From contig JAJUJM010000004.1 in assembly GCA_029265315.1 (NCBI GenBank), positions 13,032-77,031 of the forward strand: DNA of 64,000 bases, read 5' to 3'. Of the stretch, positions 41,711 through 50,794 are shown one piece after another (positions within the stretch are counted from its first letter, which is position 1; each line of letters starts with the position of its first letter). A program made the translations under genes and the position numbers. The notes under the pieces were generated by a model. That model was not told the DNA's origin and made no database searches. It saw nothing but the letters and a program-made list of their open reading frames with translations. Source of the DNA: Actinomycetota bacterium (GTDB lineage: Bacteria > Actinomycetota > Coriobacteriia > Anaerosomatales > PHET01).

Positions 41711-42273
41711 ACCCCCGCCTCCTCACGCCATGCCCCCGGCGCTGCGGCGTACAGGTCACCACCGTGGGCGTCGAGGGCCACGAAGGCAGGGAATCCTTCC
41801 AAGCGCATGCGAACGAGCGCCTCGGTGCCCAGCTCGGGGTACGCGACGGGTTCGATTCCGACCACGTGGGTGGCTAGCAACGCCGCGGCCCCTCCCACCG
41901 CCGCGAAGTAGACGCCGCCCGTCTCGATGCACGCGTCGCGCACCATCCGACCGCGCGCCCCCTTGCCGATGGTCGCGACGATCCCCGCGCGCATGAGTTC
42001 CGGTGTCGCCGCGTCCATCCGCTTGGCGGTGGTCGGCCCAACGGCGCCGGCAGGGCGTCCCGCGGCGGGAGGAGTCGGCCCGGCGTAGAACAACGTCTGT
42101 CCAGCGAGCCCGTAGGGCAGGTGCCCGTCGCTCCGTAGCTCGGCGAGCAGACGAGCGTGCGTGGCGTCACGCGCAGTGAACACGTCGCCGTACAAGATTA
42201 CCTCGTCACCCGCCCGCAAGGACGCCAGCGCATCGCGCGAGAGCGGCAGGTCGATTCGCAGCGGCCGGGTCAC
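41707..42273 (-). CDS. class I (Fe-S) fumarate hydratase / tartrate dehydratase, beta subunit
   Basis: 188 aa. GDEVILYGDVFTARDATH...LFYAGPTP...GPTTAKRMD...ATIGKG is typical of the C-terminal/beta domain. Confidence 0.85.
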   Translation of the reverse strand: MTRPLRIDLPLSRDALASLRAGDEVILYGDVFTARDATHARLLAELRSDGHLPYGLAGQTLFYAGPTPPAAGRPAGAVGPTTAKRMDAATPELMRAGIVATIGKGARGRMVRDACIETGGVYFAAVGGAAALLATHVVGIEPVAYPELGTEALVRMRLEGFPAFVALDAHGGDLYAAAPGAWREEAGV

Positions 42274-43718
42274 TCACACCCCTCCTCGAGGTCCTCGGCA
42301 CATTCTTTCCACCGAAGTGCGACAAAGCCCCAGACCGCGGCCGCCAAGACGATGGCGGCGGACAACTGGAGGGTGATGCGGGGGCCCGTCAGGGCGAGCC
42401 GTTCCGGGGCAAGGCCGTTTTCCTGCACGAATCGGATGACGTATCCGCCGATGATGTCGTTGAGGGGCGCCATCACGACCATCGACAGCAGTAGCGCCAC
42501 ACGGATGACACTCTCGAGTGCCGTGAAGACCCGGCCACGGACCTCGTCAGCGGTCGTGTGCACGACGTAGCTGTTGCCCGCCACTGTGAGCGTCGCGATG
42601 CAGGCGCCGGCGACGGCCGCGAACAGGCCCGCCACACCGTAGACCCCCACGCTGGCGAAACCGAGCATCGACAGTCCGAAGCCGGCCACGCTGCCTGCGA
42701 ACAACAGTTGCAGGGACAACGAGCGCTCGAGCCCGGGGACCACAAGCGCGCCCACGAACATGCCTGCGGCCATGAACACCAGCATGAAGGTCTGCGGGCT
42801 GCCCGAGACCTGTTCGAGCCATGCGATGGGTTCGGCGAACAGGACGCCGCTCGTGAGCGACTTCACGTAGTCCAGCCCCACAGGGATGATCGCTCCGCCG
42901 CCCAGGATCGCGAGGAAGATGGTCACGAGCAAGCCACGCAGCTCACGATGGCCACGAAGGAAGCGGAACGAGTCCAGCGCGTCACGTCCAAGCATCGAGA
43001 CGCGGAACCTCTCCCCGTCGGCGGCGGCGCGCGCATCGACCTTGATGCTTGCGACGACCAGAGCGGAGAAGACGAACGTCAGCGCGTCGAGGAAGAAGCC
43101 CGCACGCGGACCGAGGAGCGCGGGGGCCGCAAGGCCGGCGAAATAGTCGACCACCGGAAGGTCCGCCGCGATGATGGCGCGCACACCGGCCTCGAAACCG
43201 GCGAGGATCGCGCCGGAAGCGGTGAGGCCCACGAGCATCGACGCCTGCTGCGTGGTGTACATGACGCCGTTGGCGGCGGTCACGTCGCCTTCTTCGACCA
43301 GATAGGGGATCAGCGCGTTTCGAGCGGGCCAGAAGAACAGCGATGCGGTCTCCATGAGCAGCACGACGACGTAGATGGCGAGCAGCGAGTTCGTCGTGAG
43401 CAGTATGAGGACGAGGACGAACCTGACGGCGTCCGCCACGATCATCGTCTTACGGCGGTCGAAGCGGTCGACGAGCGCCCCGGTGACCGATGAGAGCACG
43501 AGGGCCGGGATGATCTTGGCGATGAGAATGCCGGCCACGGCGAAGGAGGACCCGCCGGACAGAGAACTCACCATGGGGATGAGCAGGCCGATCACGAGCC
43601 AGTCGCCGATACCCGAGACCATCTGAGCTGACCACAAGCGGCGGAAGCGGCCGTCCGCCAGAAGTCGCTTCATCCCGCCCTTGCCGTTGCCGTCGGCCGT
43701 CACCGGTGCGTCGTTCAC
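42270..43718 (-). CDS. MFS transporter (DHA3/EntS-like features)
   Basis: Polytopic, with the N-terminal RFRRLWSAQMVSGIGDWL motif. GTG at 43718 overlaps the alpha-subunit stop (GTGA), and its own stop overlaps the beta-subunit ATG (ATGA). ATG at 43673 is an alternative start. Confidence 0.8.
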   Translation of the reverse strand: MNDAPVTADGNGKGGMKRLLADGRFRRLWSAQMVSGIGDWLVIGLLIPMVSSLSGGSSFAVAGILIAKIIPALVLSSVTGALVDRFDRRKTMIVADAVRFVLVLILLTTNSLLAIYVVVLLMETASLFFWPARNALIPYLVEEGDVTAANGVMYTTQQASMLVGLTASGAILAGFEAGVRAIIAADLPVVDYFAGLAAPALLGPRAGFFLDALTFVFSALVVASIKVDARAAADGERFRVSMLGRDALDSFRFLRGHRELRGLLVTIFLAILGGGAIIPVGLDYVKSLTSGVLFAEPIAWLEQVSGSPQTFMLVFMAAGMFVGALVVPGLERSLSLQLLFAGSVAGFGLSMLGFASVGVYGVAGLFAAVAGACIATLTVAGNSYVVHTTADEVRGRVFTALESVIRVALLLSMVVMAPLNDIIGGYVIRFVQENGLAPERLALTGPRITLQLSAAIVLAAAVWGFVALRWKECAEDLEEGCE

Positions 43719-44557
43719 TCGCTGATCTCCACGGTCGCACTGCGTACGGCGCAACACCCCATGTTGACCGCAACAGGAAGGGCGGCGATGTGACAGGGAG
43801 CGGTCACGACATGGACCGCCAACGCCGTCGTGTCACCGCCCAGCCCGGCCGGCCCGATGCCGGTGGCATTGACGGCCTCGAGCAGTCGCTGCTCGATCTC
43901 GGCCACCTCCGGATGAGGGTGCGCGTCCCCCACCGGCCTCAGGAGCGCCTTCTTGGCGAGTGCACCCACCTTGTCGAAGGTCGCGCCCACGCCCACCCCT
44001 ATCAGCAGAGGCGGGCACGCCCCTGTCGCCTTCGCCGTCACCGTCTCGATCACGACACGCGCGATGCCCTCGGTCCCCTCGTCGGGAGCGAGCATCTCGA
44101 TGCGGCTGGCATTGTCGGACCCTCCGCCCTTGAGCATCACGTGGACGGCGGTGCCTGTGCCGGATCTCCACGCCACCTCGATGAACGCTGGTGTGTTGTC
44201 GTGGGTGTTGGTGCGGTCGACCAGAGCATCTCTGACCACCGACATCCTCAGGCGCGCATCACGGTAGGCCGCAGCGACGGCGGAGTCCACCGCCGCCTGT
44301 ACGTCGCCGGACAGGTCCTCGCCCTCGCCGAGCTCGATCCTCACCCATACGGTCCCCGTGTCCTGGCAGATGGGGACATGGTCGGTCGAGGCGACCCGGG
44401 CGTTGTCGATGAGCTGCCGCAACACGGTGCGCCCGCGCTCAGAACGCTCGGTGTGAAGCGCTCGGCGAAGTGCCTCCACGACGTCGGGTCGGAGCGTTGT
44501 CGCAGCTTGCGGAATGGCCGCCCGGACCGCCTCGGCTATGCGTTGCGCGGTCGGCAC
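43715..44557 (-). CDS. class I (Fe-S) fumarate hydratase / tartrate dehydratase, alpha subunit
   Basis: 280 aa with cluster-ligand region PICQDTGTVWV and the KGGGSDN motif. Confidence 0.88.
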   Translation of the reverse strand: MPTAQRIAEAVRAAIPQAATTLRPDVVEALRRALHTERSERGRTVLRQLIDNARVASTDHVPICQDTGTVWVRIELGEGEDLSGDVQAAVDSAVAAAYRDARLRMSVVRDALVDRTNTHDNTPAFIEVAWRSGTGTAVHVMLKGGGSDNASRIEMLAPDEGTEGIARVVIETVTAKATGACPPLLIGVGVGATFDKVGALAKKALLRPVGDAHPHPEVAEIEQRLLEAVNATGIGPAGLGGDTTALAVHVVTAPCHIAALPVAVNMGCCAVRSATVEISE

Positions 44558-44558
44558 C

Positions 44559-45494
44559 TCACGCCCTCAGCCCGATGGCGTCCAGGGACGCCGCGACCGT
44601 TCGGGCCGAACTCTGCAGCGCTTCAAGCTCGGCGTCGTTCAATGGGAGCTCGGGAACCGACTGGACTCCCCCGGCCCCAAGACGCGCCGGTACGCTCAGG
44701 TAGACGTCGTCGATCCCGTACTCGCCGGTGAGACGCACACAACTCGGCAGAAGCGCGCCTGTGTCACCGAGGATGGCACGCACCATCGCCACGATGGAGC
44801 CGGCGGGAGCGTAGAAGGCCGAGCCGGACTTCAGCAGCGCCACCACCTCCGCACCGCCGTGGATGGTCCGCTCCACCAACTCGTCGACCTCGTGTGCGGG
44901 CAGCAGGTCGGTGATCGGCACGTCGTTGATCGTGGTGAAGCGCGGCATCGGCACCATCGCGTCCCCGTGAGCACCCATCGCAAGCGCATCTATCTCGGTG
45001 ATCGGCGCCCCGGTGTGGTGCGCGACGGCGAAGGCGAACCGGGCCGAATCGAGCACGCCGCCCATGCCCAGCACACGCTCGTGTGGCAGCCCGGACTCGC
45101 GCCACGCAAGGTAGGTCATGATGTCGAGCGGATTGGTCACGCACACGAAGACCGCCTCGGGCGAAGCCTCCACCGCCTGTGTGATCACGCTGCGCATGAT
45201 GTCGCTGTTGGCCGCGAGCAGGTCATCTCGCGTCATCCCGGGCTTGCGAGGAAGCCCTGCGGTGATCACGACGACATCGCTGCCGGCGGTGTCCGAGTAG
45301 TCATTGGTCCCACGCACCGACGGCCCGAAACGCTCGATCGAGCGCAGGTGCATGAGGTCGAGGGCCTTTCCTTGTGGCACACCTTCGACGACGTCGACCA
45401 TGACGACGTCAGCCGTTCCGTGCAGCAGGAGCAGTTCAGCGGTGGTGGCCCCGACCTGTCCGGCTCCGACCACCGTGACCTTGGGAAACGTCAT
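44559..45494 (-). CDS. mdh: malate dehydrogenase (LDH-like MDH family)
   Basis: KVTVVGAGQVGATTA Rossmann motif and ITAGLPRKPGMTRDDL (Arg at the specificity position). 311 aa. Confidence 0.9.
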   Translation of the reverse strand: MTFPKVTVVGAGQVGATTAELLLLHGTADVVMVDVVEGVPQGKALDLMHLRSIERFGPSVRGTNDYSDTAGSDVVVITAGLPRKPGMTRDDLLAANSDIMRSVITQAVEASPEAVFVCVTNPLDIMTYLAWRESGLPHERVLGMGGVLDSARFAFAVAHHTGAPITEIDALAMGAHGDAMVPMPRFTTINDVPITDLLPAHEVDELVERTIHGGAEVVALLKSGSAFYAPAGSIVAMVRAILGDTGALLPSCVRLTGEYGIDDVYLSVPARLGAGGVQSVPELPLNDAELEALQSSARTVAASLDAIGLRA

Positions 45495-45604
45495 CTACAC
45501 CCCTCTTGTCGCCGGTGTGGGACGCGCGCGGACCCGTGCGCGCACAGTACGCGGATTCTAGCACGGCGACAGCCGACTGAGCGCCCGGAGGCCCTGTGAT
45601 ACCC

Positions 45605-46276
45605 CTAGACGTCCGCCAGGTATCCCACGTCGAGCCTGCGTCCCTCGTGGTGCGCCAGACGCTGAGCGAGGATCGTCGGCAGCTGCGGGAGCGCGTCCCG
45701 AGGCTCGGGCTGGGGTACGGGCACCGTCACATCGGCGATGAGGACGTCGCCGTCCGAGAACGCTTCTGCCAACACCGATCCCACGAGCACCACCGCACTG
45801 CCTCCGTGCCCCGGCTCGCCCAGTTCACCCCCGGCGCACTCGGCGACGATCACGAGCCCGGCGAGCGCATCCGAGAGCGCGATGGCGACTTCCAGCGCAG
45901 CCTCGGCCTGAAGGTCGTTCTCCGACAGCGGCGACATGATGAGCACGTTGGGCGCCCAATCGAGGGCCCTCGACCACAGCGCGGGGTCGAAAGATGCGTC
46001 ACCTGACACGGCGAGCACGGACCCCAGGGCCTCTGCGCCGGTCACGGGCACCGCACCATCGGGCCAGGCTCTTGCCTCCGCCCCCACCAAGGGCACCGGA
46101 CCGGCAGCATCCCGCGCAAGAGACATCAAAGACACCGCATCGCGATCGGACGGGAAGCGCGGCGCCACGATGAGCTCCGCGCCGCGACCCACGGCCGCTC
46201 GGACGGCTTCTGTGAACGCTTCAGCGTCCTCGCGCGGGGAACGCTGCAACTGGTGTTGGACGACTGCGATCCTCAT
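45605..46276 (-). CDS. carbon-nitrogen hydrolase-like protein, apparently lacking catalytic Cys
   Basis: ATG at 46276 (MRIAVVQHQL...). The fold-like pattern ends in GHGGSAVV, but no Glu-Lys-Cys triad context is recognisable (AVSGDA where the nucleophile elbow is expected). Confidence 0.4.
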   Translation of the reverse strand: MRIAVVQHQLQRSPREDAEAFTEAVRAAVGRGAELIVAPRFPSDRDAVSLMSLARDAAGPVPLVGAEARAWPDGAVPVTGAEALGSVLAVSGDASFDPALWSRALDWAPNVLIMSPLSENDLQAEAALEVAIALSDALAGLVIVAECAGGELGEPGHGGSAVVLVGSVLAEAFSDGDVLIADVTVPVPQPEPRDALPQLPTILAQRLAHHEGRRLDVGYLADV

Positions 46277-46347
46277 CAGGCCTCCGGGCGGACGGGTCAC
46301 CCAGTTCATCCCCGAAGGGCGGTCCGATGAGACGACTCACCGTGAAT

Positions 46348-48843
46348 CTAGCCCACTGACTCGCTCGATCGCTTCCGTCCGCCGCGTCGTGCCGGCTTCT
46401 TGGTCTTGACGCTCTCCTTCGAAGGACACTCCGGGTCCACGCAGATACGCCATGGGCCCCGGCCGGTGTGGACGATGACCACAGGGGCACCGCAGGGCTC
46501 ACACCGCTCGCCTGTGGCCTCTATCTCGCCACGTCCGGGCAGCGGGTACGAGGTCTTGCACTCGTCGTGGTTCACACACCGCGCGAATCGCTTGAGGGTC
46601 TTGGGCGACCGCTGTGCGATGAGACGGCCCCCCGCCCTACCGTCCCGCTCGCACGTCGGACACGCGCCGATGTCGACCGTCGGCTCCTGGTTGGTGGCGC
46701 AGTTCGGATCAAGGCAGCGCACGACCGGTTTCGTCCTGAACTGGATCACTTTGACCTGTGGCGTGCCGCACACGGGGCAGCTCTCAGGCACGGACTCGAT
46801 CTTGCCTTGCGGAAGCGGGTAGGTGACCTCGCACTCGGGCCAGCCCGCACAACCCACGAACTGACCACGGGTCTTGGCCGAGCTCTTGATGAGCAGGTCG
46901 TGTCCCGACTTCGGGCACACGCCCACCTTGGCGTCTTCGGCGGTCGCGTCCTTCAGGGCTTCACCCACCTCGCCCGCCTGCGGGATCAGCTCATCCATGA
47001 CCTTGGCGAGAAGCTCGCGGGAGTGCCCGACGACCTGTTCGCGGGTGATGCGCCCACTCGCGATGTCGTCCATCTCGGTCTCGAGCTCAGCCGTCATGTC
47101 AGGGGTCGTGATGCGTGGGGCGAACGCCGTGAGGGCGTCGATCACCGCCCTGCCCAGGCAGGTCGGTTCGATGGGATCGTTCTCGGCGTACTTGACCTCG
47201 TACAGCCTCTCGATGATCGCGTGGCGGGTCGCCTTGGTGCCCAACCCGCGCTTCTCCATCTCCTGGATCAGTACACCCTGGCTGTAGCGCTTGGGCGGCT
47301 CGGTCTGCTTCTCGAGTTTCTCGACGTCAAGAAACGCGACCGAGTCACCCACGGACAGAGGCGGCAGCTGCTCGTCCTTCTTGAGTCCGTAGTGGTACAC
47401 AGCTCGAAAGCCCGGCTTGATGAGCACGTCACCCTTCGCCACGAAGCGCTCTCCGGCGACATCGACGGTGACTTTCGTCCCCTCGATGGTCGCTGGCTCC
47501 GAAAGCGTGGCCATGAACCTTCGCGCCACGAGGTTGTAGAGCTTGAACTCCTCGGGCTTCATCTTGTCCGGGTCACCGGCGCCGGTGGGGTGGATCGGCG
47601 GGTGGTCGGTGGTCTCCTTCTTGCCCCGCGTGGGGTGCAGCGTGCCACTGGCGAGCTTGCGAGCGTGCTCGCGGTAGGCGGGGACCTCGGCGAGCGTGGA
47701 GAGGATACCCTTCAGGTCAAGGGACGCCGGGTAGACGGTGTTGTCGACGCGCGGGTAACTGATGAGTCCGTTCATGTAGAGCGTCTCAGCGATGCGCATC
47801 GTCCTCGCCGGCGAGAGTCCCTCGGCTGCGGCGGCGGCCTGCAGGGCGGTGGTGTTGAACGGGGTCGGTGGTGCGACGGTGCGCTGCTGGGTCTCCACGG
47901 ACACGACGGTCCCGGTGGCCGACTTCCCCTCCGCTTCGAGCACGCCCTCGAGCACCGCCATCGCCTTGACCGCCGGCTCCTCGGAAGAGAAGTTGTTGCC
48001 TTCATGCCCGGCGCCGAACTCGTGACCGCCGGCCAGGAAACGCGCTTTCACCTGCCAGTAGGTCTCAGGGACGAAGGCCTCTCGCTCACGTTCGCGTTCA
48101 ACGATCAACGCGAGTGTCGGCGTCTGCACACGACCCGCCGACTTGACGTTGCCGAACCCGGAGTACTTGGCCATGGTCAGGTAGCGGGTGAGGACGGCGC
48201 CCCAGATCAGGTCGATGTCCTGACGGGACTCCCCCGCCTGTGCCAGATGGTCATCGACCTCGGTGATGTCGGCGAACGCCCGCTCGATCTCGTCTTTGGT
48301 GATCGCCGAGTAGCGCACGCGCTTGACGGGCACCGAAGGGTTGGCTGACTGGACGAGTCCGCGCGCATCGGCACCGATGAGCTCGCCTTCGCGGTCGAAG
48401 TCCGTCGCGATGATGACCTGGTCCGCTTTCTTCGCGAGCGACTTCAGGGACCGGATGATCTCACGTTCCGCAGGCACCTTGCCAACCGGAGCCCATACGA
48501 GGTACGGCAACGACGCGAGCTTCCACGTCTTCAAGTCGACACCATCCGCGGTGAACGGCTTGCGCTTGGGCCACGGGGGGGTCGGGAGCGTCTCGGGCAG
48601 CTGGGCCGGCGTCTCCGCACCTTCGCCCCAGACCGCCTTCCAGCCGCCGTCGTACTTCAGCTCGAGGGGGAAGTCGACACCGAGGATGTGCCCTTTGAGA
48701 CCTATGGCGACCCAGTCCTCGCCGTCGCGGCGGAAGGTGTACGTGGGAGTGCTGTAGACCTTGTCGGCCTTGGGTTTGCCGACGGCGAGGATCTCGGCGA
48801 GCTTCTTCGCGGCGATGTTCTTCTCGGTGACGACCAGCTTCAC
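46348..48843 (-). CDS. topA: type IA DNA topoisomerase with four C-terminal Zn ribbons
   Basis: GTG at 48843 (VKLVVTEKNIAAKKLAEIL, Toprim). Active-site Tyr region is GLISYPRVDNTVY. There are four C4 ribbons (CPKSGH..CAGWPEC, CPVCG..CLDPNC, CPTCE..CVNHDEC, CEPCG..CVDPEC). Confidence 0.88.
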   Translation of the reverse strand: MKLVVTEKNIAAKKLAEILAVGKPKADKVYSTPTYTFRRDGEDWVAIGLKGHILGVDFPLELKYDGGWKAVWGEGAETPAQLPETLPTPPWPKRKPFTADGVDLKTWKLASLPYLVWAPVGKVPAEREIIRSLKSLAKKADQVIIATDFDREGELIGADARGLVQSANPSVPVKRVRYSAITKDEIERAFADITEVDDHLAQAGESRQDIDLIWGAVLTRYLTMAKYSGFGNVKSAGRVQTPTLALIVEREREREAFVPETYWQVKARFLAGGHEFGAGHEGNNFSSEEPAVKAMAVLEGVLEAEGKSATGTVVSVETQQRTVAPPTPFNTTALQAAAAAEGLSPARTMRIAETLYMNGLISYPRVDNTVYPASLDLKGILSTLAEVPAYREHARKLASGTLHPTRGKKETTDHPPIHPTGAGDPDKMKPEEFKLYNLVARRFMATLSEPATIEGTKVTVDVAGERFVAKGDVLIKPGFRAVYHYGLKKDEQLPPLSVGDSVAFLDVEKLEKQTEPPKRYSQGVLIQEMEKRGLGTKATRHAIIERLYEVKYAENDPIEPTCLGRAVIDALTAFAPRITTPDMTAELETEMDDIASGRITREQVVGHSRELLAKVMDELIPQAGEVGEALKDATAEDAKVGVCPKSGHDLLIKSSAKTRGQFVGCAGWPECEVTYPLPQGKIESVPESCPVCGTPQVKVIQFRTKPVVRCLDPNCATNQEPTVDIGACPTCERDGRAGGRLIAQRSPKTLKRFARCVNHDECKTSYPLPGRGEIEATGERCEPCGAPVVIVHTGRGPWRICVDPECPSKESVKTKKPARRGGRKRSSESVG

Positions 48844-48942
48844 GAGGTGGCACGACCTTTCCGGCGGGAGCGCATCGCGATGCAGTATACACACGGCGTC
48901 AATCCCCTATATATGTAGGGGATCATGGGGCCGTGTCGACGG

Positions 48943-49521
48943 CTACTTCTTGGGGGCCGCCTCGTCCTTGACGCCCGCTCGGTCGTGACACTCGGTACAG
49001 TGGTCCTTCTTGTGGCACGACTCCATGCAGTCCTCGTCCGTGCCCGCCTTCTTGATCGCCTTGCCGTGGGTGGCGAGCCAGCGCTCGCCGGGGGCTCCCC
49101 CTTGGTGCTCGCCGGCGATCAGCACCAGCTTCTCTCCGGCCTTCAGTATGGTCCCTGCTGCCGGTTCCTGACCCGTCACCCAATGGTCCCAAGCGTCCGG
49201 CTTGAAGGGCGCACGGTACTCCTCGACCTCGAAGCTCTGGCCGGGCTTGCTGGTCTCCGGCCCCGGCTCGACGGTGAATGCCGGTCTGACGACTTCAACC
49301 CTGAGACCCGCCGCGGTCATCTCCTGACCTGAGACGTTCACCTCGGTCATGTACAGGTCAGGCACCGACACCTCGGCGGCGGGCTTGGCGGGAGGCGCGG
49401 GTTCGGTGGACGGACCACATGCCGCGAGGGCCAACACCGAGATGACGGCCAGGACGCCAAGGGCCAGGGTGCCGATCGCCGCTGCGCGACCGGCACGCGG
49501 ACGATGCGTGAGGCCGCTCAC
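48943..49521 (-). CDS. lipoprotein with PASTA-like domain and C-terminal CX3CH/CXXCH (possible di-haem) tail
   Basis: GTG at 49521 overlaps the HD gene stop (GTGA). Signal peptide has lipobox LALAAC. PASTA-like segments are VPDLYMTEV...AAGLRVEVV and VTGQEPAAGTILKAGEKLVLIAG. The tail is THGKAIKKAGTDEDCMESCHKKDHCTECH. Confidence 0.6.
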   Translation of the reverse strand: MSGLTHRPRAGRAAAIGTLALGVLAVISVLALAACGPSTEPAPPAKPAAEVSVPDLYMTEVNVSGQEMTAAGLRVEVVRPAFTVEPGPETSKPGQSFEVEEYRAPFKPDAWDHWVTGQEPAAGTILKAGEKLVLIAGEHQGGAPGERWLATHGKAIKKAGTDEDCMESCHKKDHCTECHDRAGVKDEAAPKK

Positions 49522-50072
49522 AGCCCCAGCTCCGATGCGCCGCGCTGCATCGCTAGAAGCGAGATCGCGAGGAATTCGTCGCGGTCGAGCCCCAGCGCCT
49601 CGTGTCCCGCCATCTGCTCGCGTGACGCCCCTCTCGCGAACGCCTTCTCCTTCCAACGCTTCTTCAGGGCGTCCACATCCACGGCCGCGAGCTTCTTTTC
49701 CGGACGGATCAGCGCCGCCGCGACGATGAAGCCGGTTGTGGGATCGGCACACCACAGCGCGTGGTCGAACGCGGTCTCCCGGGGTACCTTGTCCGCATGC
49801 GCGAGGATCGCGTGCAGCATCTCATCATCGATGCGACCGCGAAGCTCTTCGGCCGTGACATGGCCGTGCCGCTCGAAGTCCTCAGCGGTCTGAGCGTAGT
49901 CCAGGTCATGGAGCAGTCCCGCGATGCCCCACCGTTCGACATCTTCGTCGGCAAGACCCAGCCGCTTTGCGAGCGCACGCATGATGAGCTCGGTCGCCAC
50001 ACAGTGGCTCACGAGGTTGCGCTGCGGGATGCGCTCAGTCACGAGCGCGTACGCCTCCTCTCGCGTGATCAC
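49518..50072 (-). CDS. HD/HDIG-domain metal-dependent phosphohydrolase
   Basis: GTG at 50072 overlaps the hypB stop (GTGA). HD signature is HCVATE...AGLLHDLDY. Confidence 0.75.
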   Translation of the reverse strand: MITREEAYALVTERIPQRNLVSHCVATELIMRALAKRLGLADEDVERWGIAGLLHDLDYAQTAEDFERHGHVTAEELRGRIDDEMLHAILAHADKVPRETAFDHALWCADPTTGFIVAAALIRPEKKLAAVDVDALKKRWKEKAFARGASREQMAGHEALGLDRDEFLAISLLAMQRGASELGL

Positions 50073-50788
50073 GCCGGCCCCTCCTCGCCCGTCGCAGCCC
50101 CGGCGTCGCCGACAGGCGGCTTGCCGGCGGCCGTGCGCACCGCTTCGATGCGCCTCGCAAGCCATCCCGCCCACTCGTCAACACCCTGCCCCTTCGTCGC
50201 CGCTATGCGGAAGATGGGAGCAGTGGGGTTCAGTGATCTGACCACACTCGTGAACTCGTCCTCGTCGAAATCGAAGACCGGCAGCGTGTCGACCTTGTTC
50301 AGGATGACGGCCTCCGAGATCTGGAAGATGCCCGGGTACTTGTACGGCTTGTCGTGGCCCTCGGGCACGGACAGGATCATCACTTTGGCGTGCTCGCCCA
50401 AGAAGAACTCGGTCGGGCACACGAGGTTTCCCACGTTCTCGACGATGATGAGGTCGAGCGCATCGAGGTCGAGCGTGTCGACCGCTCGTTGGATCATGTC
50501 GCTTTCGAGGTGGCACGCACCGCCGGTGTTTATCTGCACCGCGGGGATGCCGTGCGCTTTGACCTTCTCCGCATCGACCTTGCTTGCTATGTCACCCTCG
50601 ATCACGGCGATGCCGTATCGATCGCGCAGCGCCGCGATCGTGGCCAGTATCGTCGAGGTCTTGCCCGCCCCGGGCGATGCCATCAGGTCGAGCACGAACA
50701 CGCCGGCCGAATCGAACCGGGCGCGGTTCTCGGCGGCGAGCTTCTCGTTTCGGTCGAGGATGGGTTTGGACAGGTCGATCGTGGCCAT
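50069..50788 (-). CDS. hypB: hydrogenase nickel-incorporation GTPase HypB
   Basis: P-loop MASPGAGKTS, IEGDIAS, NVGNLVCP and LNKVD motifs. 239 aa. Confidence 0.9.
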   Translation of the reverse strand: MATIDLSKPILDRNEKLAAENRARFDSAGVFVLDLMASPGAGKTSTILATIAALRDRYGIAVIEGDIASKVDAEKVKAHGIPAVQINTGGACHLESDMIQRAVDTLDLDALDLIIVENVGNLVCPTEFFLGEHAKVMILSVPEGHDKPYKYPGIFQISEAVILNKVDTLPVFDFDEDEFTSVVRSLNPTAPIFRIAATKGQGVDEWAGWLARRIEAVRTAAGKPPVGDAGAATGEEGPA

Positions 50789-50794
50789 GGTCTC

